Part shown: positions 51,032 through 58,927 of the stretch, piece after piece
Layout: each line of letters opens with the position of its first letter
Position numbering within the stretch: the stretch's first letter is position 1
From: Rhynchobatus australiae
Lineage: Eukaryota
Assembly: GCA_034780895.1 (NCBI GenBank)
Contig: JAUZTB010000064.1
Coordinates: 31,942,970 to 32,001,896, forward strand
DNA: 58,927 bases
Reading direction: 5' to 3'
Position numbers and translations under genes: made by a program
The notes under the pieces: model-generated
What the model saw: only the letters and a program-made list of their open reading frames with translations
Database searches by the model: none
What the model was told of the DNA's origin: nothing

Positions 51032-53530
51032 TTCCTTTCCCTCCCCAGGTGCAGGCTGGCCCACTGAGTTCTTCCAGCAGTTTGATTTTTGCTCCAGATT
51101 CCAGCATCTGCAGTCTGTGTCTCGACAAACAAAGCTGTACCTTAAGCCATTGTGGCATGCTGACACACCGTGCTGTCATACCACTCTCCACTGTACCAAT
51201 AACAAAGCATTTTTGCTTCCATCCCTAACCCCAAACTCTGATCTTGCCACAGACCTGGAGGAAACTCAGATTTTTCAGAAATTTAGCTTATTTGCAAATT
51301 TTTTTGACAGCCTGCCCAGTTTAGAAAATGCGCAGTTTTCAAAAATTAAATCCATCGATTTCTCATAATTTAACCCAGGAAGCTCAAAAATGATGTGAAA
51401 AACAGAACTGCACATGCAACCACAATAATTAAGTATCTATAAACTGCTTAAAGAATACGGTCTGTGTATTCCATTGTATGTTTAACTTGTACTGCAGATG
51501 TTGCAGACTAGAATGGAAAGCATTTCTCGTACAGTCTGAACTGTCTCCTTTAATATTGGAAAATCGGGCAATGTTTAGTATGTTGTGACCCATTATAAAT
51601 GGTTCTTCTACAATAATTTTCAGAAGTTATTGTTTGTAGTTCCTATATTGCTTTGTAATTTATCTCCAGATTTTCTGTCCGCCCAGACACAGTATGGGTC
51701 ATTACTTATCAGGAACGTATAATGCACTCAATACATAAGTTTTGTTCTATTCATTTCATTCATCAGATGGAAAATTGTGGGATTCCAAAAACAATAATAT
51801 TTGTGCCAACCTTATAAATATGTGCAGATGAAACCAATGATGATGCATTCTTCAAGTATTGGAATTTAATAAATATGTAATAATTGCACCTATATTTAAT
51901 ATCTCATCTAACCACAAAAAAAATCGCCATTTTAAAACTACTGGTAAATTACTGTACTTTGCTTTGTATATTTGTCAAATGTACTGTGTACCTTATCTCA
52001 GTGATTATGTATCAGATGATTTGAGATGTCCTGAATTCTAGAGAAGTTCCATGAAAGATAATTGTTCTCTTTATCTGTCTGATAGCCAATCGTTAACTCA
52101 CCTTTTGCTCTAACCTTGCTGTGCAATGATTTACAATAATATTGAGAAGATAGGAACAACACACCCTTTCTAGTTTAATCCTCTTTTTTTGCTGTCATCC
52201 TTGAGCTTCAAGTGTATGACACTCCACAAATAAGACAGTAGTAAATTGAACTATTGAAAAAAATTTCCTGACTCTGTTCAAAATGTGAACATGAGAAGAC
52301 AAGAAAGCATACAGAGAAAAGTTTTCTTGGTATATCAATTTTCCTCTGACAAGGCATGTTGTAATTACTTTCTCTTAGTCTTGCCCCCAATTAGTTAACC
52401 TTCTTGTGGAATATTAACCTTCTGTTACTCACTTTCAAGGTTAGTGAAAGGAAAACTATCTCATATACCTCCCCCGCCCACTTTTTTCTCTTCGTACACA
52501 CATTATTTTTTTTGTAATTCTCATCAGTTGCTTTAAGTAGTCCTTCAAATACAGAATTCTGGGGTCAAAATTCTACTCTAACTGGGAGACAAAATGTCCA
52601 GCTTCGAAACAGCTAGCCATCAAACATTATTTCCACTGTATTTTTCCATTCACTGTACTTTTTACGTTAATGTTAAAGGGAAGGAGAATTAGCAGCCCAA
52701 ATGCTTCTGCCAAAATGGAATTTTAACCCAATTAAATCTATAATGTTACTTAAATATATGGATCATCTTTCTTTATAATTATCATGCTAATCTTTCAACA
52801 TTATTTCCAACCATATATTTCTGCAGCCCACTCTCAAGCAATTAAAAGGGTTTTCAATGTTGTCTTGCTCCTTCCAATTTTTTTTGCTTGGAGAATTCAA
52901 TTGAGGGAATATGTTTATATTCATATTATAAGCTTCTCAGCAATTTAAAGTCTTGAAGTATATCCCATAACAGTAAATGTTTTCAAATGAAATTAAATTT
53001 AGTTCTGTAAATATCGTTTTTTTTAAACTTGGATCCATGAGAGTTTTAGAATCAGTGTTAAAATCTTCTTCAAAGCTTCTTCATCCATTCTTCACTTTGT
53101 CAATGATATACACAAGGAGCAACTTATTAGATGTTATAATAAAACCTCCTCCTTATTCAACCTACTGCTAAAATAGGTCCTAACAAACATGTTCACATAT
53201 GTTGCATATTTATAGTTAATGGTGAATCTGCTTTCATATCCTTTCCCTATTCTTTGTTGTTAATAAACTCTCTATTTCCAACTACACCTGCCATTGTTCT
53301 CTTGCAATGTGCATCAATTTACATTAAAATCCCCTACTTGCCTACCTGCTTGTTTAACTGGCTCAGATCTCTTTGAAGTCTGTCTCCCTCAACTTTTATC
53401 ACATATCAACATAGATTAGTAACAAAAATTACAAGATTACCAGCATGCTGCACTGTAAATAGCAGGACAACTAAACCATAATAGCTGTCATCCCAAAGGA
53501 ATCTTTCCCTCTGAATGTTTCGAATTCATT

Positions 53531-53588
53531 AAGTAAATCTCATATCTCATAAGTAGATCTCATATCTCATCTGTAGATCCCATATCTC
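53531..53588 (+). repeat. 20 bp tandem repeat, ~3 copies
   Basis: aagtaaatctcatatctcat / aagtagatctcatatctcat / ctgtagatcccatatctc. Confidence 0.85.
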
Positions 53589-56500
53589 CAAGAGTGCACC
53601 CTTTTCTTCCAACAATAAGCAATACTATTACCAAAGGTTAGCAACAGAAACCTATACTTTGTACACAATCCACTAGAATACATCACATACCATCTAATGA
53701 GCTTTCCGCTCTTTCAAAATTATCTGGATATGTAAATTGAGATTCGGGCTTTGAACTAATTAACATTGAAATAAATTATATCATTGAACATTTTGTACTT
53801 TTGTCAGTATACAAAATAACAAAGGATGCAATTTATATTTTTTTCAAAACTTGAAATGTTGAACTAAATTTCTTATACTGCAAACTTACTCTAGTCAAGC
53901 TCCTTGACCAGTTTGGCAGAGGATTTGAAACCAAGTCGGTTGGAGGTCTTGGCTGCAAGATTCACCCACTGACAGATGTCTGAATGTGGCCTACCAATGT
54001 ACATCTGTAAGAAGTCTCTTCCTCCCAACCTGCAAACCACAAAGGGCTCCAGACCATCAGGCAATCTGTTCCTTTCTCTAGAAATCTGAAAATAGCTGAG
54101 AGCGATACTATTGCAGACTGGGTGCCGATCTTAAGTCTGTGACAGATGGCATAGGTAGACCCCATAGATCCAGAAACAATGACAGCAAATAAACAATTTT
54201 CACAATTTAATGGAAAGGAGTAGCTACTTATCAATGTGGAATGAAGCTGCTCTTCTAAAATGCCATAAAACAATTGCTGCTGACTATGTTTACTCTTGAA
54301 AGTTGCATTCCAATTTCACACTTTTATAAGAATATAACTGAGAAAAAAGTAATTTACTCTTCATCAAGAAATGCCCTGTCAAATTTTATATTAACCCCTT
54401 GCATGCTGATTTTTAGCAATACCATATTAATAGACATCTGCCTCAAAGCCAAACTCATCCAACTACATATGTTCCAGCAGGGGTCGCTAGATACTGATCA
54501 TGAGAAGGATCCTAGCTAAGTTCTTGTCCTTATCCCATGAAGCCAACTGTAATGTCCTATCTGTGGCCTTTACTGAGAGCTGCAAAGTTACCATACACCA
54601 TGGAGTGAACCAATTTGATGGAAACCAATACAATATTCCAACAAGTCACTGGAGGTAGAAGCTTAAATCTCCTTAAACACTCAAAAATGTAGAAGTACCT
54701 CAAAAGCCTTAAGAAATTGCAGGTTAAGTTACATGCATTGGCAAGCTATAATCACTACTTCAAGTTCCTCCTCAAAGGATTTCAGTCGATTTGTGAAATA
54801 TTGAACATGATCTAAGCATTTTTACATAAATAAGTTGATAGTAAAGGGTTCACCAACATGAAGCAAGCTCCTCTACAATCAGCTTTCTTTATGGTCCAGT
54901 TAATTCAATCAATATCCAACCAGTTATATTCATTGGATTCGCATGGGAATCTTGATTCCATTAGAGAATGTAAATGTAGCAATTCTTAATGTTCACCTGA
55001 GACTGCAGTGTCTGGGTTACAAACAAAATGGGACTGTGATAGTTTAGCCTATTTGTAAAGTGATATTCAATGACAATCACTCCAGATGGCAAGGATCCAG
55101 AATGAAGTTCTTAAATCATCAGCAGATCAGAAACTTTGTAAATTGAACATGATGTAGTTTATTTCTAAACCACTTTACAGTTGAGTGAAGTTGCAAGCTG
55201 GGAGCAGAGCTCTGCAAAATCTTTCCATGATTTCAAGTGTCACAGGTAGAAATAGCTTTAAGTTTTGGCATCTTTTCATGTTGTGTGTTTCCATTGTCCT
55301 CAAATGCTGTTTCACACAAACTCCAAGCAAAATTACTGGATTACAACTAATGGCTATATTTTTCAATTGCCTCACAAGTCTGGAAGTGCCATGGCCAAGT
55401 GTAGTAGAATCACCACCTGCCACCACAACCTCACACCCCCATCACTACTCAACACCCTAGCTATGATTACTTGAGTAAACAAAGACAAGTAATAAAATCT
55501 GTACGAGTATGAGCTCCACACAATTACTTGTCCCGTTACGCTGGAGGACCTCAATGTGATAAAAATTGTGCAAAAAAAACTTCCCAAAGTTAAAGGAACC
55601 TCTTTTCAGAGCACTGTAACATACCTGATGCTGCTTCAAAGATTACACCAGTGACTTTATTTCAAAAGTATTTCTCTAAGGTTATTGAAGATGCTATATA
55701 AATACCTGTGATTTTGCCGTCTCTACATTATAGCATTGCATGCTTCAAAAGATATGTTTCATATTTTAACAGCATACTGCATAATCTCCTAAATATTTAT
55801 TATTGAGATTGGTAAAAAGGTTTGCAGCTAGAAAATAGATGCAGTATATTAGTGAGAAACAGTAAAGGACAATATATCCATTTTTTTTAAAGAAAAACAA
55901 TGGCAAACAAGAAAACTCATTAGTAGTGCTTAAATATAAACATGCCAGATTCTCAAAAGTCTGTGGAGTCTTGAAATATGAAAGGAGAATTGTAGTTTTT
56001 AGGCTATTAAAACATTGAGTTAGAATAGAAATGATATATTAGCAAGGGAAATAAAATGATAATAAATTGTAAAATTGCTTTTATATTCCTACAGCCTCAT
56101 GTAAATTTAACAAACCTGCACTGCTGACCACTTTAAATTCTCCTTGGATCAGTGTGTGTCCTGATCAATCATATATTTAACAGCTATCTCTTCAACAAGT
56201 ATTATCTCAACATTGAGGTCACCTCAATGCAGAAAACGCAAGGAGAAATATAGAGGTTCGGAGAACAAAGACTGGAGAAGATCGGAGGTGACCTTGTAGC
56301 ATAGAACTAATGGAAGGAAATGCAGAAAAGATATTTGAGCAGGGAGGGGTAATATTTTGCCTACATGTTTAAAGTTAAAATTCATATTATTGGGATTACT
56401 GATAAAATGATTTATTGTAATATCAGCAAGTATAAAAGTAGCATGTTCATTTTTTTGAAACTAAATCCACAGTAGGTGGTTGAAATGAAGTCCTCAAGTC

Positions 56501-57384
56501 TAAAATTGTTGCAACTTTTAAGTCAACAATACAAGGATGTGTCATAATTCCCAAAATACACAAAAAATTAAATAAATCTTCTATAAGACTTTGTAATCTG
56601 GTGGGAAGTGAAAAACAGAAAATATTTGACAGAAATTATCAAAAAGCCATACGTTGGAGGACTGGTCATATAATGCCTGCTGTTGCAGGCAAATTCAGCG
56701 ATAAACATGTCATATAATTATAATTTTAGAGGTAACACTTAAGACAAATTTTTTCGTACAGCTTTTATTTGTTAGGTTCTTACTAAGAAATACTAACAAA
56801 TAGTAGGCATAGTTCAAAGAGGCACAATAATATTTATGTAATGAGAGAAAACAATTTAAAGACTGCATTTTGCATTGTTTGAATCAACATCCTATGCAGC
56901 TACAAATTAACTATTCAACAGGGTCTTTCTCATAGCCTAATATATTCATTCTTGTATGTATGCTGGAGCCTGCGTGAACACTTGTCTGGTGCCAAGAATA
57001 GCATCTGAAATCAATTGTAGAGGTAATAGTATTTTCTAATACATTTGCCTTCGTTCTATTGATTTAAACAAAGAAATTCTTTGAACTAATAGAGCTTCAA
57101 ACTAATGAAGGGATGGGTGACAGAATCCAGGAAAGGGTAAATTCGATGGAGAAGAAACTCAAGGCTGTAGAGTAAGGATGTGGTTAAAAATAAAGAATGA
57201 GACCAGGAAGGGACAAGGCATTTGATAATAGGACACTGGCGATTATATTAACTTTATGTGTGATTTTATTGGGTTGGAGAATGATTTAGTTAAGTATGAA
57301 CCTAGTATTTCATAATTGAATGAAGCAAATTACATATGCATGAAACTAAGAGATATTGGAAAGTGACTTAGAAGAAACAACAAA

Positions 57385-57540
57385 AGCAAAAATACAAAGA
57401 CAGCAGCTGGAGATCAGATATTAAAAACAGAGTTTATGTTTCAGTTGTGACAAAAGGTCATTGACATTAAGTGCTAACTCTGTTTCCTTGTCACAGATGC
57501 TGCATGACCTGTTAAGCATTTCTAGCATTTGTTATGTTTC
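57385..57540 (+). mobile_element. Degenerate Penelope-derived remnant
   Basis: aaaggtcattgac..taactctgtttc..cacagatgctgcatgacctg. Confidence 0.5.
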
Positions 57541-57699
57541 AAAAGATCTGTCAAGCAATAATTCATAAAGAACAATGAATACATATCCCTTTAAGGAATA
57601 AAATTAGCATTAGATTGAATATTGCCGAAAAGAGTTGCAAATCTAACAATGGACAGGTTTTTACAATTTTGCAAAAAAATTGATAAAGACAAAACAGGA

Positions 57700-58645
57700 G
57701 TAAAATAGCAGAAAGTATAAATTACTCATAGGTATATAAAAAGGAAGATATTAGAGAATATAAACAAGAGTTCCTTCGATGGAGAGATAGAGCCAAGTAG
57801 AATGGGGACTAGGGAAATGTTGAAGATGTTAAACAAATAGTTTGAATCTGGTTTCTTGGCAGAAGACATGTAAGCATTCTGGGTTTAATGTGAACCAAGG
57901 GTCCAGTAGAAAGAGGAACCTAAGAAATTAGCATCAGTAAAGAAGTAATATTGGGGGAAAAGCAACAAGAATAAACCATTTAGACATATTGACCTTCATC
58001 TTAAGAGTTTAAAAACAGGTGGTCACAGTGAAGTTGATGCTATGCATATAATATTTTAAAATTCCTTGGATTTTTGAATGGCCTCCTTCCATTGGAACAT
58101 AGCAAATATAATCTCCTAGTTTTCAAGATAGTTTAGTGCCTGCAGGCATAAGTATCCTTTATTAAATTCAGTCAATTCAGTGAACTCCCAACGAACAGCA
58201 ATGCTGGTACAATATTCTAAGAAAAATTATGACATTGTTAAAAGGTACACACAGACAAATACACTACAGATAGAGAGAAGACAATAAAAACAGAACCATA
58301 GACTTGGTAGCTTGTTCCCAGTTGTAACAAGATAGCTGGAATATATTGTTTAGGACATGGTAACAGGCATATAGATTAAACATAATATGGCTGAACAGGA
58401 TCAACATGGGTGTGACAATTGCTAGAACTGTTTGACATTGTAACCAGTAGGTTTGGATTTCTAAGTTTTATTTCATGATACACCATTAAGGAAGTAATCA
58501 CATAAATTTCCTGTCACAGCCTCAGGATAAGGAATCAGCACTTTAGAACTAAGATGAGGAAAAATTGTTTCACTCAGTGGGTTGTGAATCTTTGGAACTC
58601 TACCTCAGGGGAATGAGTATATTCAAGACAGTGATCAATAGATCT
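57700..58645 (+). mobile_element. Fragmented old CR1 LINE
   Basis: EML.MLNK.F.S.F, QHG, tttcactcagtgggttgtgaatctttggaactctacctcag motifs. Confidence 0.7.
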
Positions 58646-58764
58646 TTGAAAAAAATAATTAATTTATGAGATGTGGGAATCACCAGCATAGCCAAAAGCT
58701 ATTGCCCATCCTTCATTGACCTCGAGAGGATGTTAGGTAGCTGTCTTTTTCTATATGATGAGAA

Positions 58765-58927
58765 AGGAGACCATTTAGCTTATCAGGTCTGTGCTGGCTT
58801 TCACATGATTACTATCAGTCCAATTTCCCTACAAGCTATTCCCTCCAATGCCTATCAACTCCCCTGCCACCTACTGACTCTGCAGGCAATTTACAATAGC
58901 CAAAGAAATGACATGTCATTGGTACAT
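58765..58927 (-). mobile_element. HE1/V-SINE-like 3' part
   Basis: ccctcc..cctatcaactcccc..ggcaatttacaatagcca..catgtcattgg, as in 15770-16060 and 22905-23240. Confidence 0.5.

Larger units (their letters stand above)
49350..51125 (+). mobile_element. Penelope-like element (RT thumb + GIY-YIG remnants, 3' UTR, hammerhead-bearing terminal repeat)
   Basis: Frameshifted SGDKLS.DIY, DS.SYLDYTS.H..SCK, PLVLTFHP, PGTF.CN..RCNTC, CIWCSRCGLLY, I.ETK.RLGD.F.E.L, LEEQHLI..LGSLQPNGMNIELSNFR*. Confidence 0.9.

Noticed and set aside
52096-52252. Strong minus-strand donor AAG|GTGAGT with possible acceptor ~150 nt upstream and a nearby CCAAT
   Set aside because: No independent support; such motif pairs are frequent by chance in long introns.
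53531-53588. CRISPR-like or functional array
   Set aside because: Head-to-tail 20-mers without spacers in vertebrate DNA; an ordinary minisatellite.
56211-56229. Perfect 9 bp inverted repeat cattgaggt-c-acctcaatg containing AGGTCA
   Set aside because: Short and isolated; compatible with chance in 59 kb.

Overview
Eukaryotic, AT-rich, repeat-dense genomic DNA, most likely from a cartilaginous fish (batoid/elasmobranch-type CR1, HE1/V-SINE, DeuSINE, Rex1 and Penelope repeats), from a gapped short-read scaffold. The window lies inside a large-intron gene on the minus strand that I recognise as ciliary neurotrophic factor receptor alpha (cntfr). Two coding exons are visible: the signal-peptide exon (26274-26196) and the Ig-domain exon (10070-9831). 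They splice in frame (phase 1). The rest is intronic and filled with decayed retrotransposons. The most interesting signals are: (i) Penelope-like elements carrying minimal hammerhead ribozyme motifs (CUGAUGA...GAAAC-GUC), with inverted ends and 15-16 bp target-site duplications; the clearly readable copy in the pre-mRNA orientation has lost its catalytic core; (ii) a ~420 bp diverged direct repeat bracketing the symmetric Ig exon; (iii) candidate 5' UTR exons, a candidate micro-exon and CNE-like blocks. Almost all ORFs in the supplied track are spurious or are transposon fragments. Repeat boundaries are approximate and family names come from my recall of consensus motifs, not from a database search.
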